Shown here one piece after another: positions 23,001-37,021 of a stretch of DNA of 64,000 nt. The notes under the pieces were generated by a model, which ran no database searches, had not been told where the DNA came from, and saw only the letters and a program-made list of their open reading frames with translations. A program made the position numbers and the translations under genes. Source of the stretch: Fistulifera solaris. Its lineage: Eukaryota. How positions within the stretch are numbered: position 1 is the stretch's first letter; each line of letters opens with the position of its first letter. Location: NCBI GenBank assembly GCA_030295235.1, contig AP026149.1, positions 1-64,000 of the forward strand. Reading direction: 5' to 3'.

Positions 23001-24721
23001 ACGGTTATGAGATTCCGCGAAACTTTCTCCATGCTATTTTGTTAGACGAACGGAACGGAAACACGAAGTGGATGGACGCAACTGCTCTAGAATCGGATTC
23101 GCTCCATGAATACTCCACATTCCGTGACTGTGGACATAAAGATAAAGTCCGCCCTCCCGAAGGTTACAAGAAGATTCGTGTTCATTTCGTTTACGATGTG
23201 AAGCATGACGGTCGCCACAAAGCAAGACTTGTTGCCGATGGACATTTGACAGATATTCCGTTAGATAATGTTTATGCTGGTGTGGTTACTATCAAAGGAG
23301 TTCGGATTGTTGTTTTTGTCGCCGAACTGAACGAACAGGAACTTTATGCAACTGATGTTGGGAACGCATATCTCGAGGCCAAAACACGTGAGAAAGTTTA
23401 CATCGCCGGCCGGTCCTGAGTTTGGAGCGTTGAAGGATCATATCCTTGTTATCGTCAAGGCATTATATGGTTTGCGTTCGAGTAACTATCGATGGGCTGA
23501 ACGACTTGCCGATGTACTACGTGAGTTGGGATTCTTTCCGTCAAGTCGGAACCCGATGTTTGGATGCGTCGCTGCGACGACCTGTACGAATACATTGCTG
23601 TGTATGTGGATGACCTGCTTATCGCCTCTAAACAGCCAATGTTGATTGTTGAGGCATTGAAACATACGTCACGGTTTCAAGCTGAAGGGAACAGGTCCGA
23701 TATCGTTTCATCTTGGTATGAATTTTGTCAGAGATTCGACAAACACTCTTAGCTATTCTCCCGACAAAGTATCTTGAGCGAATGTTCGTCAACTACGAAC
23801 AGGTCTTTGGTCAGAAACCTCGGAATTACCAGTCGCCTTTGGAACCAAAACGATCATCCTGAGCTAGATACTTCAGAGTTCCTTGATGATGAGAAAACGA
23901 AGACTTATCAATCGCTTATTGGTGCTTTGCAGTGGCTTGTCACAATTGGACGGATTGATATTTTTACTGCCGTCATGTCGATGTCTTCTTTCCGTTCTGA
24001 GCCTCGGTTCGGTCATATGGACCGTGTCAAACGCATCTACGGTTACCTGTATAAGTTCCGTCACTCCGCTATTCGCGTTGACGTCTCGGAACCTGATTAC
24101 AGCACGTTACCAACTGTCGTACATGATTGGGATTATTCTGTTTACGCTGGAGCCGAAGAGATGATCCCACACGATGTTCCAGAGCCATTGGGAAAACCTG
24201 TATTGACGACCACGTATGTCGATGCCAACCTATATCATGATATGCTAACGGGCAAGTCGGTTACAGGAATTCTGCACATGATCAACAATACCCCATATGA
24301 ATGGTACTCAAAGAAGCAAGCTACAGTGGAAACCGCTACTTATGGAAGTGAATTTAGTGCGGCACGTACTGCGGTTGAACAGATCACAGATTTGCGTTTA
24401 ACGTTACGCTACTTGGGTATCCCTGTTCGGAAGACGAGCTATCTATTCGGTGACAACAAGTCTGTTGTCGACAGCTCGGTGCTTCCTGGCTCTAAGCTTC
24501 ACAAGCGCCACACGATGCTATCGTATCATCGCGTGCGACGTGAAGCTATAGCTTCTGGTATCATTGAGTTTCACTATATTCCAGGAGAGCTGAATGCTGC
24601 TGATCTGCTTAGCAAGCATTGGTCTTATGCGAAGACGTGGAAACTCATCCTTCGTCCTTTGTTGTTCCTTGTCGGTGGTAAACCTATTGACGAAGAAGGG
24701 AATGATAAAGAAGAAGCTTGA
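20081..24721 (+). CDS. Copia gag-pol polyprotein, copy 1 (protease and N-terminal/core integrase missing; frameshifted)
   Basis: ORF fragments 20141-24721 carry gag, IN C-terminal part, chromo-like, RT and RNaseH motifs. Confidence 0.85.
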
Positions 24722-24824
24722 CAATTACTGTTGTCAATGGTTTGGTATGATGTGTTGCGAGCACATCATTTGCATGTTTACATTGGAATCAATTGTGTGT
24801 GTTGCCCTTCGGAAAAATGGGGAG

Positions 24825-25242
24825 TAACAATAGTTTGGATCACTCACGACTGGATTTTTGGTCGTGGTCATTGTGTTTTTCCTCAAGACAACGCTGTGAC
24901 ACAATTTACATATCTATCACGTTTTGCAGATTTGATTCGGGAGCAATCGCAGTTTTACGCGAGTAGAATAACAAACGTTTCTAATCATAATTTTGATCTG
25001 TCTTGTTGTTGTTGTTACTCGTCTCCCGTCGATAACCATCTCTTGTGTTTCTCTCCCTTCGTGCTGTGGAGAAACTCAAGGTAGACCGATTGAAGCACTG
25101 CTCCCTTCTGGAGGTCACCGGTGCTGCGAAAGCGTAGGGTCGCTCCTACTTTATCGCTCGCTCGATTGTCAACTGTGTCTCGTCTCGTTCAGAGAGCGGT
25201 ACCAATAGCAGGAAAGGTGCAAACCGTTTCTAGCTATTGTTA
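24825..25242 (+). repeat. LTR 2 (shared central LTR)
   Basis: Preceded by the PPT and followed by the same leader as LTR 1. Confidence 0.95.
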
Positions 25243-25346
25243 GATTAACAGTCGCAACTATTCTCTTGTAAGAGCTTTTCTGTCTATCAGATCGCTCTCT
25301 GTTGTCTTCTCTCCTTGAACTCGGTACCTCCTTTGATTACCGCGTC

Positions 25347-28300
25347 ATGGCTAAATCCAAGGTTGAGAAGAAGCGACCTCCTCCGATCCCGATCCTGATA
25401 AGAACGTGGATAACGACGTAGAACACAAACGAATCTGATGTCAGCGATAAGAATAGAGATGATGATGAAAAGAGCACCGAGTATCAGATGAAAAAGGACC
25501 ACGTCGTCGAAGAGGAAATCACTAAGCTCGAATTCACACCTTTCGAGCACCTCATGTTCAACGTGTATGGGAAAGTAACCAGAGAATCCACTATCTACAA
25601 GGCACTAGTTGCTAATGGGATGGATACATGCATGCATTTCAAATACGACAACGAACCACAATATATCGACAATCTTTCGTTCGTCGATCAGAACAGCATT
25701 CGTATTCAACCACTGAATGGAGCTATCATCTCACTTATCAAGTTCTACAAGTTCATACGATCGTTGAATACTCGAAGCTACCGTAGTGAAGAAAGTTTCT
25801 ATTCGGTTACATTCGATATGTGGGAAGAACACTACAGTCAGCAGCCTCCTGTCGATGTTCCGATTGTTACATCTCATCCTGGTTTTGCTCCCCAATCACC
25901 ACCAGGTTCCCCAAGTAAATCTATTCAGTTTCCACACGGTCATTACTCCCCTTCCAAAGTGCAGCTCTTCATGAAAGCAAAACGGAATGAAGCGGCTTTC
26001 ATGGTCCTGAAACATCAAAATCAGTGGCTCGACTGGTATGATTCGACACGCCGACATGCCGACAATCAAGACTGCTCCAAGTTTTGGATCCGGATTACGT
26101 ACCTATGACTGAAGAGGATGAGGAGTTATTTAAATTGCAGAAGAAATACATGCTCGCTGTCTTCGACACTACGCTCAAAACGGCCAAGAGTCGACAAATT
26201 CTCAATGCACATATTGAGGACAAGGATGCACAAGCAGTTTTTCGTGAAGTCTTGACTTACTATACCGACTCCACAAACTCCTCTCTCACAGCCCAGGATT
26301 TGCTTTCAAAACTTATGCGTGCTCGGATGCTTACCGATGGGAAGGGGATGTCGTATGAATTCTATCTGCTCCGTTATCAAGACGAACTTCGACGTTACGA
26401 CTCCTTGGTTCCGATGAATGAGCGTTTGTCTAACGCCATGAAGAATTCGCTCACTCAGAATCTTATCAAGGGTATTCCGTGTTTGATGAACGTCCGTAGT
26501 AGTGCCGGCATCATGAAAATCGGCACAGGTTCTGATTTAAGCTTCGAGAAATACATTGAAGCTCTTATGACGGCCGCTATCGAACACGATGACCAATTCC
26601 GTGGTTCCAGCAAAGGTGGTAAACTCAACGTGTACTCGCATGACATCTTTGGTGACCCAATCAAGGAATTCGGTTACGGTGAATTGTCCGATGATGAGGC
26701 TACGTATGGAGCATATCTTGCAAGTGGCCAAACGGGCTATTTTCCGAAGCTCACTCGAGAGCAATGGTCAAAATTGTCTCCTGAGGACCGCACCGTATGG
26801 GATAAACTGTCTGATGCCGGCAAGTCTATCATTATGCATCGCGTCAATTCTGCAACAAAGCAACCGCCCGGCAAAGCGTGAGCGAAAAGTATCCAGGGAC
26901 CATCCGTCAAGCGAACATGAATGAGGCCTCACTCGGAGACATCACGCTCAGCCAGATGCTTTCAGCGCTTGCCCACGCATCGCAACGACTTCGTATTGCG
27001 ACGATTACAACAACGAAGAGACGTATGATGTCGAAGTGAACCAAGCAAAGACCAACGTCACTCACAACGAAAAGCATCCAACACATCCCGCATCACTGCA
27101 CAATACTCTCGAAAAGAAACTTGGACAAGGCACGAAAGCAAACAGCTGGCAAAGCGAAGGCGGTTATCAGCATCAGAACTATGCTGAACGGAAGATTCAG
27201 GATGTCAAACGAATTTGTGATATTGTTATGGACAGGTCGGGAGCACCAGATGATTTGTGGTTTGAGTGTTTGTCGCATGTCGCCGATATCCTTAACCATA
27301 CGTACAATCGTGCACTCAAAGACGTCCCATTGCGTGTTTTGAATGGCGACACACCCGATATAAGCCCGCTCATTCGCTTCCGATTTTACGAGAAAGTTTA
27401 TTATCAGCGTCGATGCACATTCTTTTCCGTCTCAATCACGCGAAGATGTCGGTTATTTTGTGGGAGTATCGAAAAACGTCGGTAACGCCATGACGTTTAA
27501 GATCTTGACTCTTGGCACGCTGTCGTATTATTCATCGCTCTGCTGTGCTCGCTGACACGACCATGGATCCTAATCGACGCGTTGATCCTCTACCTCCTCC
27601 TCAGCCCATCGTCACGATTGATGGGGAGATGGAACCCTCCTTCTCGTCAACTTGAGTTGGTCTCTCGTCGCGAATTGGATGGGGAGCATGGTTCAAGTCG
27701 TGCCGATGTTCCGATATTCCATCCTGACGAGCTCATTGGCCGTACATTCCTTTACCACGATCCAGAAAATCCGGAAGGGCTCAAGCATCGGGCCAAAATC
27801 GTCGGAATTGCGGGTGATATTGCCGAGGCGGTTGCTGCGTTTGAGCAGAATCGTAACCGCATTCAATATCGGTGTTCGATCAATGAGGGACAGTTTGAGG
27901 AACTGCTCACTTATGGGGAGGTAATGGATTATATCAACCGGGATATTGCCAACCCTACGGTCTGGAAGTTCCGCAAGATCGTTGATCACCAGGGTCCACT
28001 CACGGTAAAGGACAAGGAATATGCTGGGTCTCCGTATAATGTCAAAGTAGCTTGGGAGAATGGGGAGGTGACGTGGATACCATTAGATCAGTTTGCCAAA
28101 GAGGCACCGGTAGAGTGTGCGATTTACGCCAAAGCCAATGACCTACTGCATGCCAATGGATGGCGCCGATTCCGTGCAATGGCCAAGAAGAAAGAGAAAG
28201 TTTTTGAGCGTCTTGTAAAACAGGCCAAGCTTCGTTCTTATAATACGGCCCCACGCTACAAGTACGGTTATGAGATTCAGCGAAACTTTCTCCATGCTAT

Positions 28301-29977
28301 TTTGTTAGACGAACGGAACGGAAACACGAAGTGGATGGACGCAACTGCTCTAGAATCGGATTCGCTCCATGAATACTCCACATTCCGTGACTGTGGACAT
28401 AAAGATAAAGTCCGCCCTCCGAAGGTTACAAGAAGATTCGTGTTCATTTCGCTACGATGTGAAGCATGACGGTCGCCACAAAGCAAGACTTGTTGCCGAT
28501 GGACATTTGACAGATATTCCGTTAGATAATGTTTATGCTGGTGTGGTTACTATCAAAGGAGTTCGGATTGTTGTTTTTGTCACCGAACTGAACGAACAGG
28601 AACTTTATGCAACTGATGTTGGGAACGCATATCTCGAGGCCAAAACACGTGAGAAAGTTTACATCGTCGCCGGTCCTGAGTTTGGAGCGTTGAAGGATCA
28701 TATCCTTGTTATCGTCAAGGCATTATATGGTTTGCGTTCGAGTAACTATCGATGGGCTGAACGACTTGCCGATGTACTCACGTGAGTTGGGATTCTTTCC
28801 GTCAAGTCGGAACCCGATGTTTGGATGCGCTGCGGCGACCTGTACGAATACATTGCTGTGTATGTGGATGACCTGCTTATCGTCTCTAAACAGCCAATGT
28901 TGATTGTTGAGGCATTGAAACATAAATGCACGGTTTCAAGCTGAAGGGAACAGGTCCGATATCGTTTCATCTTGGTATGAATTTTGTCAGAGATTCGACA
29001 AACACTCTTAGCTATTCTCCCGACAAAGTATCTTGAGCGAATGTTCGTCAACTACGAACAGGTCTTTGGTCAGAAACCTCGGAATTACCAGTCGCCTTTG
29101 GAACCAAAACGATCATCCTGAGCTAGATACTTCAGAGTTCCTTGATGATGAGAAAACGAAGACTTATCAATCGCTTATTGGTGCTTTGCAGTGGCTTGTC
29201 ACAATTGGACGGATTGATATTTTTACTGCCGTCATGTCGATGTCTTCTTTCCGTTCTGAGCCTCGGTTCGGTCATATGGACCGTGTCAAACGCATCTACG
29301 GTTACCTGTATAAGTTCCGTCACTCCGCTATTCGGCGTTGACGTCTCGGAACCTGATTACAGCACGTTACCAACTGTCGCACATGATTGGGATTATTCTG
29401 TTTACGCTGGAGCCGAAGAGATGATCCCACACGATGTTCCAGAGCCATTGGGAAAACCTGTATTGACGACTACGTATGTCGATGCCAACCTATATCATGA
29501 TATGCTAACGGGCAAGTCGGTTACAGGAATTCTGCACATGATCAACAATACCCCATATGAATGGTACTCAAAGAAGCAAGCTACAGTGGAAACCGCTACT
29601 TATGGAAGTGAATTTAGTGCGGCACGTACTGCGGTTGAACAGATCACAGATTTGCGTTTAACGTTACGCTACTTGGGTATCCCTGTTCGGAAGACGAGCT
29701 ATCTATTCGGTGACAACAAGTCTGTTGTCGACAGCTCGGTGCTTCCTGGCTCTAAGCTTCACAAGCGCCACACGATGCTATCGTATCATCGCGACGTGAA
29801 GCTATAGCTTCTGGTATCATTGAGTTTCACTATATTCCAGGAGAGCTGAATGCTGCTGATCTGCTTAGCAAGCATTGGTCTTATGCGAAGACGTGGAAAC
29901 TCATCCTTCGTCCTTTGTTGTTCCTTGTCGGTGGTAAACCTATTGACGAAGAAGGGAATGATAAAGAAGAAGCTTGA
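25347..29977 (+). CDS. Copia gag-pol polyprotein, copy 2 (same internal deletion; frameshifted)
   Basis: Near-identical to copy 1, with indels at different positions. Confidence 0.85.
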
Positions 29978-30080
29978 CAATTACTGTTGTCAATGGTTTG
30001 GTATGATGTGTTGCGAGCACATCATTTGCATGTTTACATTGGAATCAATTGTGTGTGTTGCCCTTCGGAAAAATGGGGAG

Positions 30081-30498
30081 TAACAATAGTTTGGATCACT
30101 CACGACTGGATTTTTGGTCGTGGTCATTGTGTTTTTCCTCAAGACAACGCTGTGACACAATTTACATATCTATCACGTTTTGCAGATTTGATTCGGGAGC
30201 AATCGCAGTTTTACGCAGTAGAATAACAAACGTTTCTAATCATAATTTTGATCTGTCTTGTTGTTGTTGTTACTCGTCTCCCGTCGATAACCATCTCTTG
30301 TGTTTCTCTCCCTTCGTGCTGTGGAGAAACTCAAGGTAGACCGATTGAAGCACTGCTCCCTTCTGGAGGTCACCGGTGCTGCGAAAGCGTAGGGTCGCCT
30401 CCTACTTTATCGCTCGCTCGATTGTCAACTGTGTCTCGCCTCGTTCAGAGAGCGGTACCAATAGCAGGAAAGGTGCAAACCGTTTCTAGCTATTGTTA
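30081..30498 (+). repeat. LTR 3 of tandem Copia array
   Basis: Preceded by the PPT and followed by TSD CGGAT. Confidence 0.95.
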
Positions 30499-30503
30499 CG
30501 GAT

Positions 30504-31275
30504 GGCAGCGGGTCGACGCCACTTTTGATGGCTTGCCGCTTTGGGTATTTGCATATTGCCAAGGTGCTTGTCAATGAACATCACGTGGCTTTGAATGTTT
30601 CCGATGTGTGTAAAAAGACGCCTTTGCATGTAGCAAGTGATCAAGGACATGCGGAAATTGTGGCTTTTTTGTTGCAAGCTGGAGCTTCTCAGGATTTATG
30701 CAATCTACAAGGCGAGACAGCCCTTGAAGCGGCATGCTCGAAAGGACATTTGCCTGTTGTGAAACTCCTTCTGCAGCAAGCCAGCGACGAACAAGTGCAA
30801 AAAGGACTCTCGGCGTGCTTTAGTTGGAAATCCGGATGCATCAATGTCGTTCAGTACATACTAGAACAGCGCCATTCTCAGCAGTTACTCAACACCGCCG
30901 ACGGCAATGGTCGAACGCCGCTAATACAAGTACTTAGGGGCGTGGAAATATTCCAAAGACACCAAAGTGCGTGGAGAAAAGACCGAATTGATGAAGTATC
31001 TTGTCACTATGGGTGCCATTATCAATGCCGACACATTTTTGTATGCCACCAGCTCGGAGAATCAATCCGCCGTGTATTGGATGGTCCGGCATCACCCGGA
31101 ACTCTGGCAGCCTCTTCGGAAGCTCTTGAGAAACCCAACGCCCCAAACTATTTTACGAAAAAAGTCGGCGGAAGAATCATCTCGATGGATTGCTATTTTG
31201 AAGAAAGACTCGTTCGACATGTCGCCTTCTTATCAAAGAAGAAGGGGTACTATGAACGATCCTATTGTTCCGTAG
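30504..31275 (+). pseudogene. Ankyrin-repeat protein, 3' part, separated from its start codon by the retrotransposon array
   Basis: GSTPLLMAC, KTPLHVASDQGHAEIVAFLL, GETALEAACSKGHLPVVKLLL, GRTPL. Confidence 0.8.
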
Positions 31276-31959
31276 TATGCTAGGACTTGGGACGTTTTGT
31301 TTGCTTTGTTGGTACCGACCGTTCCATCGTAGTTTGGGGTCATTTTGTTTAGAAACCATGTCATTGAGATCAAACTGATCGTTTATGTGGATTGATAAGC
31401 TTGTGTTATGGATTTCTCCGTACTTTTGGGCATTCCGTCGCTATAACGAGACTCGAAAAAATGAATGGAGCCTGGCTAAGTCTTAGTTATCCGTGACTCG
31501 GACTTCTGCCGTGGTCCGTCCGTTTTCGTTGTACTCCTAGCATCGTAAGTGCCGCTTCAAATACAATCTACACATTAGTTGAGACTACATCCTGTTTTTC
31601 CTAAGGAACAGCTGTAGAATCTGGTATTCAACTTCGTTCCGAATCGGAGTCACACAAGGAACGTCACAATCGATTGAGTATACGACAGGAAGTGGTATCT
31701 CCCATCTGTTTCTCCTTTTCCCCTGCGGATGTTTCTTGACCGAATCATTTCTTCGCTTTCTGTGGCAGTTCTTCAGTGAAGAAGAGAAGAAACGAGGAAA
31801 ACGTCGTCGTCGTTCGTGCAAGCCGCAAAGCCATTCCTTTCCTGACAGCTGTCACAAAAAACATCGCAACCCATCGGAAGTTAAAGATACTATCCGAGTT
31901 GTATAATAAATTATCACTACATACAAAAAAAAGACAAATATCAATTAAATCAAAGAATC

Positions 31960-33379
31960 ATGACCATGGACGCATCGCATCTTCCAGGACTCGCCGGAAA
32001 GCACGTCAATGTCGCTATGATGACCAGCGGTGGCCTTGCCCCTTGCCTTTCGTCCAGCATCGCGCATCTTTTGATGGGCTGGATTCAAGCTCTCAAAGAA
32101 GGAAAAATCTCCGGATTGACTTTCCGCATGTACATTGGAGGGTACAAGGGTTTGCTGATCGGTGATTCCTTTGTCGTCCCTGAATCGGAATGGGAAATGG
32201 TCGATCAGCTCAATCAGTTGGGCGGTTCACCGATTGGAAATTCTCGTGTCAAGGTAAGAGCACGGAGAAGCTATTACCTTTTCTATATTAAAGAAGGCAA
32301 TTTCTCACCTTGCATTCTCCCGCAGTTGACCAACATTACGGACTGCATCAATCGTGGTTTTGTTCAGGAGGGAGACACCCCGTTGGAAGTCGCTTCGCAG
32401 ACTTTGTTGAAAGACCAAATTCACGTCCTTCATACCATCGGTGGTGATGATACCAATACCCAAGCCGCGCAGCTGTCGGCTTATTTGTTGGAAAAACATC
32501 AAGGCAAGGTGATTGTCGTCGGAATGCCCAAAAGTAAGTGAATCGAAATCAACCGGGTCGTTTTTTATGGCTATGACATGCATCTCATATGTTACGTCCT
32601 TCCCTCTTGCTTTCATCACAGCCATTGACAATGATGTATACCCTATTAAGCAAACATTTGGTGCACATACGGCGGCCAGCCAAGGTGCCAGGTTCTTCGC
32701 CAACGTCGTCAATGAATCGACGGCCAATCCACGTATGCTCATTTTGCACGAAGTCATGGGTCGTGATTCGGGTTATCTCACCGCGGCCACCGCGCAAAGC
32801 TACCGTGAAACATTAGCGTCGCAGCCTATGCATGGTAGTAGCTTTCCTTACTGTGCCCAAAAGGCTCGTGACATTCACGCTATCTGGATTCCGGAAGTCG
32901 CTTTGGATTTACATGCCGAAGGAGAGCGTTTGAAGAAAATCATGGATACGGTGGGATGCGTCAACGTTTTTTTTGGTGAAGGCACAGGTGTGCAAGAAAT
33001 TGTGGCTGAAATGGTCGCTCGAGGAGAAGAAGTGCCTCGTGATGCGTTTGGGCATGTTGTGTTGGCCAAGATTAAGCCTGCCGACTATTTCTCGAAACAC
33101 ATTGCCGAAATGGTCGGAGCTGAAAAGACTTTGGTCCAACGCAGTGGATACTTTGCGCGAAGCGCCGCGGCCGACACTTTCGATCAGGATTTGATCCAAA
33201 AGTGTGCATACGCCGGTGTCGCCAGTGCCATTGCAGGAGTTTCGGGATGTATGGGACAAGACGAAGAAAGAGGGGACGAAATTCGTGCCATTGAATTTGA
33301 ACGTATCAAAGGACACAAGCCCTTTGATGTTTTGCAGCCGTGGTTCCAACAGATGCTCAAAGAGATTGGACAAATGTAA
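31960..33379 (+). CDS. PFP: Pyrophosphate-dependent phosphofructokinase; introns 32254-32325 and 32534-32621
   Basis: TSGGLAPCL, GGSPIGNSR, IGGDDTN (Asp indicates the PPi-type), spliced MPKTIDND, EVMGRDSG, RDAFGH, SGYFARS. Confidence 0.93.
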
Positions 33380-33760
33380 ATCGTAGTATGACTTTTATTA
33401 AAACCTAATTACATCAAATGGGATGGGTTTACTCTTTCGTCATGAGTCATGGTCGTGTTATGGATTGATGAGGCGGTCTCAGAACCGGAGTCCCGCTAAG
33501 GCACGCGGCCCAAGTAGCGCGAAACTGGAAGCTGGTCGTGCTTTATTGAAAATCGTCGCACAAAAAAAACGCCACGTTTTCTTCTTACTCCGCCGCCACA
33601 AAAACATTCTCCGTTTCACGGAGTATTCCCCTCGATCCAGAAGATCGCGAGACGGAAGCTATATTGACGAGAAATTGTAATGATGCTTCGACCATCATCA
33701 ACTTTCGTGTCTTCCGGCGGCAATCACTAGGTCGCTTGTAAGCATATGCTTTGATGTGGC

Positions 33761-35107
33761 CTACGAGGGTGACGAGGGATTAGACGAGTCTTGAGGGTCA
33801 TCGGCGTTAGGAACTCTCGAGCCTTGTGCTAACGCAGCAATCAACTCAGAGTCCCCGTGAAGCGCGTGTTGTTGAGCGAGAGATGACTGAATCCCCAGCG
33901 GAAGGGATAATTGGGGGCTGAAAGCCGAACCTTGCTGCATTTGATTGGCGAGTAGAGCTCGTAGAAGCAAATCGTCACTTGAAGACATGAAAATACCTGC
34001 TGTCGAAGCACCAAGTTGGTTTCTTATAGGTCGGAAAGGCGATGATTCTTTTGCTTCTCCCATAGAGAGACGTTCTTGAAGGGTGGCGGCGGCGGCTCGT
34101 TGCTCAATCTGATGTGGCAACCATTGGTCTCCCCGAGACAGCAAGCTTGCATGGGAGAATATTCTATTGTTGATGTCAGTTCCGCTAGGCGGCAGAAACG
34201 ATATTGCTTGATCTTGCCTTTGCAAAAGCGGATTCCGTGCGGGACTTGCCTGTTGCGACAAAAGGAAGGTGCGCCGACGCAGCTCTTGCTCCAATATATC
34301 CGTGATCTGCTGCTGCCGAATACGCTCCTGCATCTCCAACAACGCGCGCAATTGTGCTGTATCGTCTTGTGACGCAGCTGCTTCTCTTAACGAATGTCTG
34401 TGCAACGCCGCCAGGTCGACGCCCACATCGGCTGGAATGCGAGAGAGCTGCTGTAGAAGCTGTTGCTGCAGTGATGCCTGGAGACCAGACGTGTTTTCCA
34501 GTTGCTGCTGTAACAACCGCTGGAGTAATAGGTTGTCCTCTCCATCCGGTGAAGCGTATGCATTTCTAGAAGTGCGTGCTGGTCGCTGAGGAGACAGCAC
34601 TGAACTGGGGGTCATACTGGGTCGAGGGCTAGATGCTGGGCCACCTGTTCCGTAACTAGAGGCTTGTACTGGTTGGAAAAAAAGATCTGGTAGAGCAGCA
34701 TGTTCATGGTTGCCTTCTCCCTGAGGATACTCTAGTTCGCTGGGTTTCGCGTCAGCTGGTACGGATGGACTTATACCTCGCTGCTTTGCCTTGTATGCAT
34801 CAACCTTCTCATGATACTTCACGGTCTCTTCCTCAGCCATCAAATTATATTTCTGTCGCTGATCTAGCGGCAGGCTCATCCAGCGTTTGCTGATTTCTGC
34901 TGACATGGCCAAGAAAGGACTCTTACCCGAAGAGTCTTGACTTTTTTTCGCCGCGCGTTCTTCAAGGTACCTTGATCTTTCTTCTCGAAAGAAGAGATTG
35001 TAAGCACTCAGAGGTCGCTTCGGTTTCTCGAGGGCACTGTGTTCTTGTTTTCTACGCTTTGCTTTGGGTCGGCCATCATCAACAGGCGAAGGTTTTCTGT
35101 CCGACAT
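33761..35107 (-). CDS. HMG-box DNA-binding protein with Q/S-rich C-terminus
   Basis: KPKRPLSAYNLFFREER...ISKRWMSL...Y...AEEE...Y. Confidence 0.9.
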   Translation of the reverse strand: MSDRKPSPVDDGRPKAKRRKQEHSALEKPKRPLSAYNLFFREERSRYLEERAAKKSQDSSGKSPFLAMSAEISKRWMSLPLDQRQKYNLMAEEETVKYHEKVDAYKAKQRGISPSVPADAKPSELEYPQGEGNHEHAALPDLFFQPVQASSYGTGGPASSPRPSMTPSSVLSPQRPARTSRNAYASPDGEDNLLLQRLLQQQLENTSGLQASLQQQLLQQLSRIPADVGVDLAALHRHSLREAAASQDDTAQLRALLEMQERIRQQQITDILEQELRRRTFLLSQQASPARNPLLQRQDQAISFLPPSGTDINNRIFSHASLLSRGDQWLPHQIEQRAAAATLQERLSMGEAKESSPFRPIRNQLGASTAGIFMSSSDDLLLRALLANQMQQGSAFSPQLSLPLGIQSSLAQQHALHGDSELIAALAQGSRVPNADDPQDSSNPSSPS

Positions 35108-37021
35108 GCTTTGGAGAAGCTTTGACTTTGAGATGTACGGCAGCGACTCTCGCAAATGAGAGGTGTCAGAAAACAAACACAAGAGACAATACCAAAAAAG
35201 TCGATTTCTTTTGTCGAGGAAGACCACCGTTTTTGCTCCGTGCCGTAAAAGTTGATAGCAGATAGCAGGTTATCTCTTTGGACAAGGCGATTATAGAGAG
35301 TCGCATTTCTATTCTACGATTTTGTTTTTAGAATGGCGTGAATTGTGCTGCGTGAATACCCCTGGATTGCTGAACGCTTGTCATCGGGTCAACTATTTGT
35401 TATCGACACCTTAAGATCAATTCAGTATTGACGAAGCCATAAAGAAGGTGTTCTTTTGCATACGTAAGCAGTAAATGGTACTCCAGTATCGTTTTTGTAT
35501 GAAACGCCTCAGCAACAAGCTAATTTCATAATAAACCTACATGAGACTCTAGGTCTCGGTTGGACAAGTTGGATGTCCAACGGCAGAAATGACACGACAT
35601 GCCATCGCTTACTTAGGAAATCAGGCTAGTTTGTTTCTAAATCCAATTCCTCATCCTATATTGTACCCGAGTAGACTGGTCAAGATTAGGCTTATACTTA
35701 TATAAGTTCTTGACACGAGTCAGAGATGGTACTACTCTTGTCTAGTGACACAAGCTCACAAGTTGCACCACGTCATCGCGCTACAATAGAAGAATGAACA
35801 GCCAGCAGAAATTCGAGACAATAAATTTTGCGAACAGAACCTATACCATTGTGACTTGTGACCTTCACACTCCACGCCTCATTCTTGCAGCTGGCTGATC
35901 AATTTTTACTCAAGTTTTTGCCTTTTAAAACGAAGAATGTATGGAGGACTCTTAGACGACTTGCCTTATACGAAAGATGAGCAACAGCAGCATCAGCAAA
36001 AGCTGGAGATGGGAATGAGAACCAAGGAAATACAGGAACACCTCTGGAATGTTCCAACAACAAATAGATCAAGATAAATCCAAAAGCTGAACAATATTTT
36101 TTGAAACAACAAAATAGTGTCGTTGTACAACTACTCCTCTTTGCAAAAGTTCCAACCGCATCCGCATCACATTTGAATGTCACGTTACCGTTATCTTGTT
36201 TGTCTAGGGCCAAAAAGACTCGCAAGACAGAGAAGTAGCAACAGTGGCTCAGAAAGCCGAAATCAAGTCAACAGCTTCAAGTACGGCTCTACTCGACGCT
36301 GCAGACACAGAAACGAATGAGAAAACATGCAATCCTTCCATTTCTACCGCGGAACAACACACACAGTGATAACACCATGACGATTACAATCCTTTCCTTC
36401 CGTATGATTTACTGGAATGCTGTACTGGGAACAAATGGCAAGTTTAGGAAAATTGGCTCAAGAATCAGCCGAAAAACAGAAGGACAAGACATTGAAGTGA
36501 TAACAATTCCGGGACTCTTGATCAAAATAGTAACTTGTCACTGAGAGGCGGTTCAAGAATAAATGATAAATAAATGTGTTTGAGAAAATTGAATGATAAA
36601 ATAAGCCTAAAGGTTCAAAATGTGTTATGAATTCACTGGCATGGTAAAACTTGTTGTGATTCCTAATTTTACGGCGATGGGAAGTGAGAAGCTTTGCTAT
36701 GGCCACCAAAGGAGAATATGTTACTCCCTTGTGGCCACCACCAACTACCAACGTTAAACCGGGTGCCGGTACGATGAAGATCGTGGGAACTTTGCGGCGT
36801 TCCGTGGAGTACTTTCCACTGTCAGACTGACGTAACAATCAACTGGATCGCTGACTTTGCTGACGTGGTGGTTTTTTGTGATCCACTTTCAACTTTTAAC
36901 AGAAATCCGAACTCGATTTTCTCCCTCCATTTTTTGACCTAATTCCAATTCAAACCAACGGTCGTTGCAACATAAAAAAGACACGAACAAATCGTCCCTT
37001 TTAAAGTATCCAGAATTCCAC

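Larger units (their letters stand above)
19561..30498 (+). mobile_element. Tandem Ty1/Copia (CoDi-type) array LTR-int-LTR-int-LTR, TSD CGGAT
   Basis: Three ~417-bp LTRs. Two near-identical internal regions in Copia order: gag, partial IN (HQNYAERKI), chromo-like, RT (KARLVADG, DVGNAYL, KALYGL, YVDDLL), RNaseH (YVDAN, TYGSEF, GDNKSV, ADLLSK). PPT AAAAATGGGGAG. CGGAT at 19556-19560 and 30499-30503. Confidence 0.96.
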
